From NCBI GenBank assembly GCA_051294375.1, contig CM119265.1:26527553-26573924 (forward strand): a DNA stretch of 46,372 nucleotides, in the 5' to 3' direction. The stretch's first letter is position 1. Each line of letters starts with the position of its first letter. Below the pieces are notes generated by a model, which was not told the origin of the DNA, did not search any database, and saw nothing but the letters and a program-made list of their open reading frames with translations. Positions 12,501-26,572 of the stretch are shown one piece after another. A program made the translations under genes and the position numbers. Origin of the DNA: Paraspadella gotoi. Lineage: Eukaryota; Animalia; Chaetognatha.

Positions 12501-15500
12501 AATGTGTAGTAGTGATCGGCGTGTTGCAAGTCGGGCCCTGTGAAGAAGGTAGCAGTCGGACGGTTTGATCTCTCTCTCTTTTTACTTTTTCTCACTCATC
12601 ATTGTGTGTGTTTAGGATGTTTTGGTATGTGCGCGCGTGGCGGGAGTGTTGCCGCGTAGTTTGTCGCTGTGTGTGATGGCACACCTCTCGTCTCCCTTAT
12701 ACGTCCGCGTACTTTGCTGTTTTTCTCGTGATCGCAGGTGAAGGTCTCATTGTTTCAGAATGTGGGCGTGCATGCGTAGTGTGATGTGTTTTTATCGGGT
12801 TTCTTTTGAATTGCGATAGCGCATCTTGTAATGCTCTGCGGTTTCTGCTCGTTATCGTCCACTCTTACCTCTGTAGGGCTCCTAGAGTCCTTGAAGAAAG
12901 AATTCATTATTTTCGTCAGCCGCAGCGGGTATGTACTAGAAGACGTGTGCAATGAGCGTCGCTCCGTCGAAAAGGATATGAGGGTCGGGACATCGAGGTT
13001 CATAAAGTGTGACTCGTGTGGGTAGTAGCTGCTCGAGCGAGTGAGCACGAGTATGAAAAACATGCGCGTTTGAGAGAACTGAGCTATAGAAACAAAGTTT
13101 TCAAGAAAGGTCGATGAAAACCTCGGAATGGAAGCGAGCATAAAAAATGTGAATGAATTGCAGTTACGGGATGTTCCCATTAAATATTTAGGAGAATCAC
13201 AGAATTTTTTCCTTATTTTTAGAAAATTGAGGGAAGGTAACTTTGTTGCTATCTCCTCCTCTGTTGAGTGAACTCCACAGTATAAGTAGAGTCTAGATGA
13301 CGTTTGTTATGATCGAAGTAGATAGATGATTTTCTTTAAAAATTCTTGTTTTTGTTGGGAACTATCAGGGTAAGTTAGAGGATTGAAGACGCTATAAGAT
13401 ACTGGAGGTTTGAAGAAATGTTGAAACTAAAAGATTTTGATGAGCGGCTCCAGAAAAATTTTTTTTGTTTTTTTTTTATTTTGTTTGTTTTTTGTTTTTT
13501 AAAAACAAACAAAAGGTGTAAGTTTGTGAAGACTTCGAAGATGAACTTTTGTTTGTGTTGAAATATCTTTGATGTTGACTCGAATAGTTGTATATGAAAG
13601 GGATTCTGTCTTGGGTTAATAATTTAGTTTCTTAATGGCAGTCGATAGTGGTGCGTACGTTGTGCGGCTGATGGAGTTGAAGCTAAGTAACCTTGAATCG
13701 TGAACGCTAAATGTCTGATGTAAATGACGAATAGGATTGTGTGGAAATCTTAAGTTTTACAGAAGGAATAAAATCGGTTGACGGAATCTTTCGCTGTTTG
13801 CGAGACGAAATGGAGTTGTGTGGCGTGGAAGATGATTGGAGTGTGGCGGTGTGGCAGACGCGAGATGGAGTTGCGGGGCAGTGGCGTGGAGTGTAGGATA
13901 TGCAAGAGTACAGTGCTGCAGACGGGTAGATGGAGACGACGGAGACAATAAAGATGTGTGGGCGAAGAAGACGGCGTACATTGAAATGTAGGATAAAGCG
14001 GTACAGTCGCGAAGGCAACCGTCGTTCTTAAGCTCGGAGGATAGTTGTGTTTTTTGTCCGTAGATAGAGAAGACGCGTAAACATCGTCGAATGCTGAGCT
14101 GAATGATATAATAGTAGTCGGAGGATTGCGAATGTATTTTCTCAAGAGTCGATAGGATAGAATTAGTCTTGCTAGTTCGACAGGAATTTCACGTAATGCA
14201 TACAGAGGAGAATACGGCGAGTAGGCTATACGGGAGAGAAAACAAGTGAGGCGGTGCTGTTAGTTTTAGAGGCAATTATGCGACGTCATATACTTGGGGT
14301 AGATTGTTTTCGTGACGGAGATCGAGTAGGAACAGAAAATCATTTCAGGGCAAATCGTTCTTTTACCCGTTCTTTATGTTAAATGATCTGTTCTTTTTTA
14401 ATGTTCCCTGTATATTTTTCTCTCTTATGTCTATCTCTTTATTATATAATCTAAACTATTGCATAATAAATAGGGTTATTATAGACTAATGTCGAATTGT
14501 GTATTGAGCTAAATATGAGATCGTGGGGATTTATTTTATTAAGATGTTCCAATCATTGTCGATGGTAAAAAAGGAGTAAGTTAAGAATAAGGACGAGTAG
14601 AGAGTGAGCAGGACAAAGAGGTTAAGAGAGTTTCCCTATAAAGAATCTGAGACAGAGATTAGTGGTCCAGTGGAGAGGACAGATTTTATTGTATAGAGGC
14701 TAGATTGATAAGTGGTGAAGTAATAAGTGAATAATTTGTGTGAAAGGAGAGAGAAGAGAGGTTTTCTGTTAATTGTTTATCTTTGTGATGTAAGATTTGC
14801 TCAAATGTATTGGTTATATTTCTCTCTCGTGTTCTCTCTCTCTCTGCTCTCTCTTCTCACGTCTTGTCCACCAAATTTCAACTTCTTTTACCACTTATTC
14901 AATCTAGCCTAACGAACTAAAATCTGTCCTCTACACATGAGCCACTAATACAGGCTTGCTCAAGTTCTTTGCTGGAGAAACTAGTGTAAACACCGTTTTT
15001 TTGTCTGCTCTCTCTGCTCTTCATCTTTCTTTAACTCACAAAATTGATACCATATAGTTCGCCACACTGTCAATAAGACGCTGATGAAGACTCGAAAATC
15101 TCAGAGGTCGAAACATGTGCTGCATTTCTTATTAATGAAACATAGTTGTAACAAATTAAAAAATTCATTTGGTAAATAACTATATATTAATTATTATAGT
15201 TAGAATATTTGTATTATTATATATATTGTTCAAAAAAATAAAAATTTTAAAAGTTACTACTGTAGATGTACGAAATAGGTATTACTGTTGAAGATAAGAC
15301 AAAGTGGCAGATTTTAATTTATAGTTGCCATAATTATTTCAAATTTATATATGGAGAAATCATGTGTGTCGCTTTAATCTATTTGCGATGATTACAATGG
15401 ACGGGTTAAACTGTTAAAGAAACGTAAATTATTCAATATGGCGGCTTAATTACCTTTAAAAAAAAAATAATTATCAATAATTAGTATTTGAAGTACATGG

Positions 15501-15935
15501 AAGGTACATGGAAATCAGCAGACGAGGCAAGGCCTAAACTCGGCAGGAATCCGCGACTCGCGGCGCTAATATATATATCGTATAATTCCCAATCGTCCCA
15601 TCTCTAATTGAATGATAAACTCAAATCTATAATTTAATAATTTCTAAGTGGCATATAAGTTTTATGAGAAAAAAAGCAAGTTTTATTGTATAATAATGCG
15701 ATATAGTTATAATAAGAGTACACGCCCATGGTCAGCCGAGCAACTCGCCACAACGGTCGCCACTATACCGTCCGCACACAATACTTCGCCACTACCTCCG
15801 TCCACTATCCAGCGCCACAGCTAGGTCACCGTGCAAAACACAAGTAAGAGAAACGCAAAAACACTTTCGCTTCAATGTATTTTTTGGTTCGTGCTTTTAT
15901 TGAACGGGAGGAGGATGGAGAGGGAGAGGGAGCGG

Positions 15936-15969
<34 letters not shown>

Positions 15970-18900
15970 AGAGAGATGAGAATGATGAGAGAGACAGAAA
16001 CTGGAATGTGATAATTGAGGATAAGGAGTGAAGATGAGAGACGAAATTGAGAGAGACGGAAAGACAAAGATGGAGAGGATATGAGGATAGAGATGGGATA
16101 GGTCCGAAAATCGCGATTTACTAAGTTTAGGCTGCGAAACGCTGATGTTTTGTTTTCGTTTCGCTTAAGTCTTTTGTGATGTCGTTGTTTGTGCGTTGAT
16201 TTTTGTTTCCTTCCTTTTAGTTGGCATTTCTTGAGCTCTTCTTTTTGTCGACCTCTGCTATGTTCCTTTCTTTCGTGTGATCTGCTGTTTTTCGTTGTTT
16301 TAGTTTGGTTTGCCTGGTACTTCTTTCTCGCTTCTCTGGGGCGTGTCGACGTGGCCGTCTCCGTCGTTCTCTCATGATCGTAGATCTACTCTCTTCGCGT
16401 TCTGTCTCACTGCTCTCTCTATGCTGTTTACTAACGAGTCGTCAAACGTCGAAGAGAGAGCACAGGGAGGGCAGTTGAGTAACTAAAGGCCGTCTCCGTC
16501 GGTCTCGTCTCTCTCCTCTCTGACTCTCTCTCATCTCCGTGCTATGTGCTACATCATCTCGTCGTACAATCTCGTTCAGTCTAGTCATTGACCTGTGGAC
16601 GTCGTTTTGTTGTATTCTTCTTTTCGTCGTCTTCTCCTGCAGATGTCCGCCGGTCATATTGTGAGTTTCGAGGCTCGAACAAGAAAAACATTTTTTTTCT
16701 GAGAAAGATAGTTGTTTTTTCGATATTTGTTGGTCAGAGCGGGAGTTGGTTGGTGTGGGTTTCGGCGTTGGACTTGAGTATGTTGTATTGATCGTCTAAC
16801 GTCTTGATTTTCGCGTTGTTTGTTATCATATTTGTAATATAATTCTTAATTTTGAAACAATGAAAGATTATCATATACGTAGGCTCGAGACACCTGTAGA
16901 TTCGGAATTGTCATTTGTAATTGGTGTAACAAAAGGGCTCGCTGTTAAGCGCGATAAACCTTTGTAACAATTATCTATTGTAGCAGGAGTGCAAGCATTT
17001 TCACCAGAGAATCTTAACACATTAAGATTGTGGTGTTTTTAGAAAGTAACGATTTGCGCGGCAGGCGGATAAATAAATGCGAGTATGAATCGTTGAAGAG
17101 AGGGTCGATTACAAGGTTTAAACTAATTCAATTCAACATAAGATAGATAAAGTGCCATCGTCAGTTGCGCGGGCATTTGTTTACTTCTTCCCATTTAAGG
17201 GTTGTGAAGACTTTTTGCATCACATTCCATAAAATTGGATAGCAGGAAATAAAGAGAAACAAGCGATAGGAAAGTGTTTTACTCAGAGCCTTGTAAAAAT
17301 TGGCTTAAAAATTTCGTCTTTTTTTTTTTGTTATCTTGTGTTTTTCGTTGGCATGGCGCCAAGTTCAAGAGTGATTAAAAAGAAGCGAGTTTCCAGATGC
17401 GGTCGGGAGAACTGTAAGGTAAGTAAGACAGAATTAAACCAATGAGATTCACGGTGCCGAGATTGCGAGGCCTGAGCACGGGTTCCGGTCGTTGTTCTGG
17501 AGAACTCACCAAACCGGTCAGCGATCAAAGTATACGGCAGTTCAGACATACGAAACGGAGGGAAGAAAGTAGTGTTAGTGCACAGCTTACGTATTAACTG
17601 TGATCGAGAAGAGAGGAGGGAGCACAGAGATAAAGAGTAGCTGTGGAGAGAGGAGGAGCATAGAGAATAGAGAGGAGAGAGAGAGTGTGCAGATAGTTAA
17701 ACTCCATAGTCTGAGTAACGATCATGCGAAGGATGGAAGATGAGAATAACTATGGATTTAAAAAAAGGAGAAAAAGAAAAACGAAAAAAACGTTTTGATT
17801 GGATGAAGCGAAAATTAATTAATTAGTCGAGGGCGAACCGTTGAAATTTGTTACAAAGGTTGTTTAAAGACGCAAATGGTTCATTATGTTGCAACATGAG
17901 AAATTTTGTGAAGTGGGATATTAACGATAGTTCTGAAGACAGAGTAGCCTTCGAAATGTTCTTTTAAGCAACGCCTTAACAAAATTCGATAAGGACATGA
18001 AGGTCATACTCGGAGGAGAGCGCAATGAAACCATTGCACCGACGCCCATACTGCACAACGTTCCCCCGCCTGTCCGCTCATTTACCTTCTGCTCAAGCAT
18101 TCGGTGCGCCCCTGAACATCGTTTTAAGCTTCGACCGAGGCCTGTCTGCCAATGTTAATCAACCTCCTGCGCCACTGTTCTCACCCTCAGACACACTCCT
18201 CGCAGGCCACCAACAGTCCCCCTCCACGGACCAGCCATCCGGCGGGACGAGCAGCCGCCACCGACCGACTTTCGCCAGCTCTGCCATTCGAATCCGCCAT
18301 GACGCAGGTCAGCACTTATCCAGCACTTTGGCCGTTGGGATATCAGTGTTGCGGGGCTGTGGTCGGGAAAGTAGATGCGATCGCCCGGGACTTCGCAGGA
18401 TGTAATCTGACGGCGTTTCGCGCGACGGGCGATATGCTTACGGGATCGTGGAACTCGAAAGAAATGAAGTGGACAGCAGGTAAGCTGTTCCTTTGGGCGG
18501 AGACAGCGTCGGGTGCTCCCACTGGTTTAATAAGACGAGGAAACTTCGTCTCGTTTCTCATCGCGAGGAAAGGTATTTGGGGCTCGCCATTTGTGAGGGC
18601 GGTGGGCTGCGAGTTTGAAGGGGGGAAGGGGTAGAGTAATAAGATGAAAATCGATGGGGAGTAAGGTGGGTAAGCGTTTAGAAAATAAAAATACTCAATT
18701 CTCCTCCAATGTAACCCTATGTACCTAAACAGTACGGCAACAGAATTTAACTTCTTACCTTATCTTTTTTTAAGCAAAATATTTTTAATACTCCACGTTT
18801 TAAACACATTTTTGTTTACTGCTCAGAGGATGATCGTCAAGTGTTGCTACGGCGCAAATGCAATGAATAATTCGCAATTTTACATAAATTGAAACAATTT

Positions 18901-20255
18901 TGAAATTTTAACATTTTTTTTAATTCTTTCCGCTTTTTTTATTTTCCACCTTCTTTCCAAATTTTGTCTTGCTGCCCAGCCAGTAATTATCACTATGCGC
19001 ACTCGCTTATTTTCAACACAATAGTTTGCGGCCACAGCTAGTTTTTCTCAACTTTGAATCTCTCATCAGTCAACAAATTCATCCCACAGTGAATTCCCTC
19101 TCGCAGGCTTCTCTCAAACAGCCTGACTATGTTCCCATAACAGTGAATTCCCCTCACCTGTTATCTCTCGTCAATGCGAACCAGTGATATGCAGCGTGAA
19201 CTTTTCCCCATTCGTTCGCGTAAAAGTCCGCCGTATGACGGTCGTCTTTCCCCAGCGATGGTCTTGATCCTACACCGCCAGGGGGTCCGCGATTCCACGG
19301 GCGACCTCGTCGATGTTGCGGGCGCCAGCGCGTTGAGAACAAGTAGGGTGCGCCTCTTCGGCGTAGAGCGACGGTACGTCAGCGGGAATATATGTGGCGA
19401 AGCTTGCTACGGTAGAGGCGACCTGTCAAGTCAAGTGTGGATGGCCAGGGCGGTAGCTTTCGAAAGTGGGGTTGATGGGTGCGAAGGTAAGGATTAAAGG
19501 GAAAAGGGCAAGAAGAAATTGGAATGGAGGAAAAGGAAAACGTGGAAAAAGAAAGAGAAAAGAAAAAGATAAGAAAGAAAGGAAAAGGATGAGAAAGGAA
19601 AAGTAAAGGTAAGTTGAGAGAGAAAAGGATTCGTACGGTCGGAAATTGAATGGGGTAGTGAACAAAGAAAAAGGGAAAAGAAGTAAGAGAGAAAAGTATA
19701 AGCGAAAAGAAAAGGGGGAAAAAATGAAATCAAAAGGAAGATGGGAAAAACTAATATGGAAAGTGGAAAGGGGATATAAAGTTGGGAAATAGAAAAAGGG
19801 GAAAAAAAGAAATTTTAGTTAAAAGGGAGAGGGGAAAAGGTAAGATGGGGACAAAAAAGGGGAAAAAGGGGCGAAAAAGACAAAGGGAAAAAGAAAGAGA
19901 AGACAAAGTGAAAAGAAAGACAAAGGGCGCGATCACTCTCACCTTGAAGTCTTGCTCTGAAGCATTTTTAGTGATGTTTGTCTGGATTTCGGAAACGTTG
20001 TGTTGGATGATCTTCAATGTTCAGCGCCTTAGGTGTTTTGTTAGGTTTATTGTTAATTTATGATTATTAACATTTTGATGGCAGTAAAAACATAGTATTC
20101 CCGGATTCTAATAACTTGAGGGACTGTCCTTTTAGCCAATTGAAACATTCTTTGAAAATTGAAGATGTTTATGTCCATTCATTGTATTGAAAGCTTGTTT
20201 GCCATAAGATTAGAGGAAAATGTGGAAGAGAGTCCTTGGGAGAGGGATGGCACTC
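9560..20255 (+). repeat. 10.7-kb direct repeat, first instance
   Basis: ORFs from 10067 to 20063 recur with identical translation exactly 17724 bp downstream; ends at ...gggatggcactc immediately before an N gap. Confidence 0.97.
18327..20027 (-). pseudogene. Frameshifted version of the AsaB-like exons (about 19943-20027, 19158-19457, 18327-18606), copy 1; probable artefact
   Basis: Collinear with 44630-46233; peptide remnants KIIQHNV and SLGKDD...TADFYA appear in the ORF track; many insertions. Confidence 0.8.
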
Positions 20256-20280
20256 NNNNNNNNNNNNNNNNNNNNNNNNN
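20256..20280. other. Assembly gap (25 N) separating copy 1 and copy 2
   Basis: N run. Other gaps: 20763-21121, 21600-21715, 37980-38051, 41360-41500, 43063-43252, 43990-44221, 44352-44559, 44963-45297. Confidence 0.99.
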
Positions 20281-23041
20281 GTTTGTGGAGGTGGTCGAGA
20301 AATGACATAAAATTGATTTATTGATATTATAACAGCGAACGAAATTTAATAACAGTGGGACAAGTGGAGCTGATGTTGTGATAGGCTAAGATAAGTGATA
20401 AATTAAATGTTGTGATAGGGGAAATGATAAGTGATAGATTAAATGTTTGGGAATGAAAACAAGGACTGAGAAAAGTCGTGCGTTGTTGACTACAGATGGT
20501 TTGAAAAATGAATGATGAATTACAGATTAAAATAAAAAGTGTAGAAAAGAGTCGAACGAGTGTTCAATTGAAACATTGATTGTAAAGATAACAATGTTAG
20601 CAATCACGTTGCAATCATCGAAGCAATCAGCTTGAGAGAGAAGCAGATTTAAGACTTGAACGAGAAAACAATTTTGAGGAAGAGAATTTATTTCACTCAG
20701 TCGTCCGCTTCAAAATATAAATGTTTAACGTACAACTATCTCTCTCTCTCTCTCTCTCTCTCNNNNNNNNNNNNNNNNNNNNNNNNNNNNNNNNNNNNNN
20801 NNNNNNNNNNNNNNNNNNNNNNNNNNNNNNNNNNNNNNNNNNNNNNNNNNNNNNNNNNNNNNNNNNNNNNNNNNNNNNNNNNNNNNNNNNNNNNNNNNNN
20901 NNNNNNNNNNNNNNNNNNNNNNNNNNNNNNNNNNNNNNNNNNNNNNNNNNNNNNNNNNNNNNNNNNNNNNNNNNNNNNNNNNNNNNNNNNNNNNNNNNNN
21001 NNNNNNNNNNNNNNNNNNNNNNNNNNNNNNNNNNNNNNNNNNNNNNNNNNNNNNNNNNNNNNNNNNNNNNNNNNNNNNNNNNNNNNNNNNNNNNNNNNNN
21101 NNNNNNNNNNNNNNNNNNNNNGAGAGAGAGAGAGAGAGAGGAAAGAATAGGAGTAGGGGGCCGTTGGTTTAAGGCGTTTGGGTGGTTGATGGAAAAATAG
21201 GGGTCAAGAAAATCATGGTACAAGAAAAATAAGACTCTCTTTGTCAAAAACGCCACGTTTCTGTTTCTTAATCCTTGAACTAAATTTGAATTAGAATATT
21301 TAAAATCAACCATATTATTACTAAACTCAATTCCTTGCTCTAATCGCTAACCCTATTAAATTAAAGTACTTTTGGTTAGGCTTAATATAAGGTTTAAAAC
21401 AATCGAATGAAGAAGAAAAGTATTTTAAAAAATTTCGTGTAATACCCTATTTATTGGTTTTTTACAAACATAGAATTAAGGAAGAATCGAAGTAAGTTAG
21501 AAGCAGAGAAGAGCGATGATATGAAAAAGTAAGGGGAAAATAAAAACGGGTAGAGGGAGGGGGGGGCGACGGGAAGGTTGAGGAGGGGGGGGGGCGAACN
21601 NNNNNNNNNNNNNNNNNNNNNNNNNNNNNNNNNNNNNNNNNNNNNNNNNNNNNNNNNNNNNNNNNNNNNNNNNNNNNNNNNNNNNNNNNNNNNNNNNNNN
21701 NNNNNNNNNNNNNNNGGGGAAGGTCTTGAGATGAATATGCGCGGTGGATAATAAATGAAAAGGATCGGGCGAACAAAAGAGGCCGACGCGCGCGTGACTG
21801 GGTGAGGAAGAAAAAGATCGATGTAATATCTCTTTGAGAAGTCGGAAGAGTCGATGGTAAGTTAAAGGAGATGGAAAAGATGGGGAGATGGAAGGGTGAG
21901 GAAAGTTTAAGGGGAAGGGGTGAGTTTAAAATTGGAATAAGATTCGAAAAAAATTAAGTCATTTTCAAAGAATCATCTAAGAGACATACATAACATGTAT
22001 GTCGTATGTATGTCGTATGTATTACATATGCAATTTTGGTGTTACGTTGTAGAAAAGATGAGTACCTAATTCTATGTATAGATATCGCTATTAGTAATCA
22101 CATAGAATGCTGACAAAGGAGCATCGGGAGAAAGTTAGTTAATTTGGTTTGATATTTCGTAACAAATGTTTAAGACATTCTGATAGTCTGACTGGAAAGA
22201 GTAAGAAATGGAAGCAGCTGAAAAATACTCGGTTATTGATAGTTGGTAAGGTTCGCAGGAAAAAAAGACTAACATTCTTAAGGTTACTGGGGTGAGGAGC
22301 AGCGGAATAAGACCAAGTGAGTCGAGGAAAGGAGCAACGGGGATTGACCAATGGGTCAGGGGAGGAGGCGCTGCAGCGATAGAGCGGCGCTGGAGCGGCG
22401 TTGGAGAGGCGCTGGAGCGTGAACGACCGTCGGACGCAATAAAAGCCCAAAATGATGATTTGATGAGGAAGAAAAAAAAATAGGGTGAGGTGCAGAAGGT
22501 AAGTGAAAGAGGGTGAGAGTTAATCGGTGAAAATATATCAAGTGAAATTGGTACAACCAATATAATGATTAATCATCCATTTAATTGGACAAGATTAAAC
22601 AAGATAATAACATAGCAAGACGCTGCGAGCTTTCAAGCTTTCAAACAAGGCTGTCTCGCAGTCCGGTTTATTGACCACCGCAGTAATTAATCGATAAAGG
22701 TTGCTGAAAAATGTGATCGATCTCTTAACTCATTTCTATTCTCTTCCCTAATCTCATCTCAAATCTCAATTCTAATCTCATCCCTAATCTTATCGATCAT
22801 AACCTGAAATGAATTAGACGAGGATTCATTTCAGACGTTTGCGTCTCGCATTAAACGTCTAAACGTCATTTGTCTTTAATCTTTGCCGCCCTCGCGTCTC
22901 AGTGATCCTTCAAGGTGAAGGAGGGGTAAGGCGACCCCACCCGCTTCTTTTGCGGGTCAACATCCGCAGCATCGTTAGCGACTTACTTTTTACGACTTTT
23001 TACGACTTTTTCAGCCACTAACGCGAATGTCCTTACCTTAT

Positions 23042-23043
<2 letters not shown>

Positions 23044-23094
<51 letters not shown>
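23044..23094 (+). repeat. (TC)n microsatellite
   Basis: Perfect TC run; the copy-1 equivalent (about 5149-5220) is interrupted. Confidence 0.95.
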
Positions 23095-23102
<8 letters not shown>

Positions 23103-23184
23103 ATACTAACCTCATTGTTCCTCCTGCTCTCTCCCTTACCTTTCATTTCTCCCCTCCCCTTCTCTTTTGATCTTTTTCATAAAC

Positions 23185-23420
23185 GACTTTCCCAAATTTT
23201 CTTTTCTTTTCTTTTCTTTTCTTTTCTTTTCTTTTCCTTTCTTTTCTTTTCTATTTTTCTTTTCTTTTCTTTGCTATTTTTTTTTCTATTTTTCTTTTCT
23301 TTTCTATTTTTTTTCTTTTCTATATTTTTTCTTTTATTTTTTTTATTTATTTTCCTTTTCTTTCTATTTTCTTTTCCTTTTTTTCTTTTTTTTCTGTTTT
23401 TCGGTTTTCGGTTTTTTCCT
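23185..23420 (+). repeat. T-rich low-complexity (TTTTC-like) tract
   Basis: Nearly pure pyrimidine stretch; equivalent at about 5310-5550; source of the Phe-rich ORFs. Confidence 0.9.
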
Positions 23421-26043
23421 TAATGGAATTTCAACGGGAAAAAACAGTGGCCCGAGGCTTTCTTAACTTACTTTTCCCACTAAACCTTACCCTCACCGTC
23501 AACCCAATTCGCCTCCCTTTAATTTCACCTCACCCTCCAACTTTCTTTCTCTGCGATCAGATTACTTACTCCTTTATTAGTCCATGCGGTTCAAGACAGC
23601 TACGATTCCGCTTACTCTCTCTTTCTAATTCTTTTCCAAGTTTATTTCTTCTGTTCTAATCTATATGTATTTCCCAACGCCTTTTTCTAAAGGCGTTTAC
23701 CCCGCTCTTCCTTCCTCTCTTCCCCCTACATTTCTTCCTGGACCTCTCTTTCCCTCCGACTTTTCTCCGATCTCTCTAAACGCAATCGACCGCGAATCGG
23801 AAATGTTCCTCGAGCGTTTGTCTTGGATTCGCTTGCTCCTTTGTTAAGCTGACGGACGTTTAGAAAGAAAACATGTTTTATCTACTTGTGTCTCGTCCAA
23901 TCAGATCAAACCGCTTTGTTCCGCCAAGTAGCCCAAGTCAAAATTTAATACCCGCCTCTCGTAAATCAGATAAATTTTTGCTTCGCCCAGTAGCCAATCA
24001 ATTCCAGGTTTTTATTCTCTAGACGGACGACATCACCTTCAATTGCTAATGCCTCCAGTCTTTTTTTCACTGAAAGTTCTTTTAATTAACTCACAGGCAG
24101 ACTAAAGGGCCATTAGACATACTTAGCAACCAGATACATTTGTGCCCTAATCACCTTTTAGCAATTAACTTTTTTTGTTTCAAAGAAGATCCGATAAACT
24201 TATTTCGCCAATGCATATTATATCATTAACGACGCACTACAAAACAGTTACAGCAATTCATAGACTCAACTTCATATGCACCAAATCACCGTCACGAATC
24301 TATTTATCAAACTTATCAACACGCAAGATTCCATCTCTAATAATCACTTCATAATAATCTATCACTTCCAACTCGGTTCATTTTCCCCGTCCCGTTCTCA
24401 TTCAGTCGCCATCAAAAAGGACAGATCGACACACACGAGAACATTTCAGGACCCCAAAAAAAAACGTTTTACTGGAAATTTTGTTGTCCAATCATGGTTT
24501 GCAAATGGATTTGACCAAATGTTTTTTTCTTCTTTTTTCCTTTTTTGGTTTATATCTTGACTTAGCCTCCTTTGTTAATGGTTTGACAAATGAAGACAAC
24601 ATAACTTTTGTAACGCAAGGTAAAAGAATGTATTATGCAAAAATAGAAACGATTTTTCCGCTTTCTCTTCTCTCCTTTCTCTCTTCCTCATCTCTCTCCT
24701 CTCTTTTCCTCGCTCTCTCTGCCTGTCTCCTCTTTCTGCATCTCTTCTCTTCTCTCTCTCTCTTAAATATTTGATTTGGCCTTCACTGACTGTGAAGCCA
24801 TAATGTCGTTTGACGATTGGATTACTTACCATTAAGGTCATAACTCTCGACCGCTCGTTATTTGTTGTTCTGACTCGTTAAGTGGCAACAACCGATTCGG
24901 CGCACTCGAATCCGCAGTCCAAGAGACCAACAGTCGCGATCCCAACTACCAAAAAGTCCAAGCCTCAGAAACAAGAGTCCCCGAGACCACACTCAAGCAA
25001 TCAGAGACGTTGACACCAACACTGCCAGATCCACCCAGTTCCACCACATCTCTCCACTCTTAATCTCATCTACACGCGTTTTCTTTAGCGATTTTTCCGT
25101 CAAGGAGATTAATCGGTGAAGAAAACACGAAAAACACGACGAACAACGACAAACAACTACAAATACGAGACAACAACGAGCGGACAATAACAACGACAAA
25201 CAAAGAAACCGAAGCTTTTCGGCTTTCAATGATTTTTCTCTCTCTCTCTCTCTCTCCCTGCTCTCTCTCTCTCTCTACTCTCATCGTCCTCCTCTCTGCT
25301 CTCTCTTCTCTCATCTCTCTCGCCTTCTCTCTCTTTCTCTCCCTCACCTTCGTGCTCGCATTTGCTGTCCCCGGCTGATGTTTTTGGTCTCACCGAATGC
25401 TGTAAGTGTTTTGATCTATCAGTTTATGTGGCGCGCTTGTTTAGGTTTTTATCGGAGTCGCGGGCGGTCGAGCGAAAAGAAAAGTAATTGTGTTTTTTTC
25501 CCTTTGGACAAGGAAGGTTTCAGGGGGGGGGTTAGAAGGAAATACTCTGCTAGTGGGGGACTATGTTGAAAAGAAATAGATAAAGGAGACGGACAGACTG
25601 GCCTGCTAGACAGAGGCACGAAGGAGGAAGGAGATACAGAGAAAAACAGGAATAGACGGACATTACAAAAAAACGACGTCGCAAAAGAGAGATAAGTTAA
25701 AGTATATCCGGACAGACAGACACGGTTAAATTATAAATAAAGATGCAGAGGCATACAGACGGACAAGACAAAATTTTATGCAGAGTCAACAAGAAATTCG
25801 ACTGAACGTGAAGATTCGGTGAAGTAGATAGGAACAACACAGAGAAAGATGATATACTAGTACAAACGCAGACAAACGATGTTTTCAGTTAAAAATGACC
25901 GAAGCACGAAGTGACCGCAAGCTAAAAGTCAACCTTCAAAACCGGCGTGAAAAGACACTGACCTTGTACAGACAGCGGAAAAAATAAGACCGACCTGACC
26001 AGACTATTCTAGGATCAAATATTTTGTTTATCGATTCAAAAGG

Positions 26044-26572
26044 GATTTTGGTCAACTTTTACGCGGTTCTTGCTTTAGGCGATCGCTGCCCGTACGGAAG
26101 CAAGAACTCGGGCGCTCTGGCTCGAGAATACGATGAGCAGGTACTGTATAGCAGAAGTTGACCCTCAATGCCTTTTGCAGAGCAGAGTTGATTGGGTGAT
26201 TGATTGATTGGATTCCTTGATTAATTGGATTGATTATGTGTTGATTAGATGTTACGGATGAGATTGATTGATATGACTTGAGATTGATCGCGCGATGTGG
26301 TAGTCAATTGCTTTTGCTGACGAGATATTTAGATTATTAATTGATTGAATTTGTAGCCTAGAAATATAATTGAAGAGTGGAGAGGAACGAGAAGAGACTT
26401 AACGCAACCCTTTTCTCCAAATGCGACACGCGCCTTCCATTTCAGATGAAGGACAAGTGGGGATTCCGGCATGGACTCAAACGCTCTGCCTGCTTTACGG
26501 CACGGACTTTCCGCTGACAGGGACGCCGGTTAAGGAGACTTACATGCCGGATATCTGTCAAGAGGGAAATGA
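26044..26572 (+). pseudogene. UPB1: Frameshifted version of the last two UPB1 exons (about 26044-26185 and 26446-26572), copy 2; probable artefact
   Basis: Collinear with 40088-40508, with multiple indels, some shared with copy 1 (ttccggcatggact vs ttccgcatgact in copy 3). Confidence 0.8.

Noticed and set aside
18025-18634. Plus-strand ORFs of 126 and 160 aa (also 44657-44872, 44949-45704)
   Set aside because: Antisense shadows of the GC-rich oxygenase exons.
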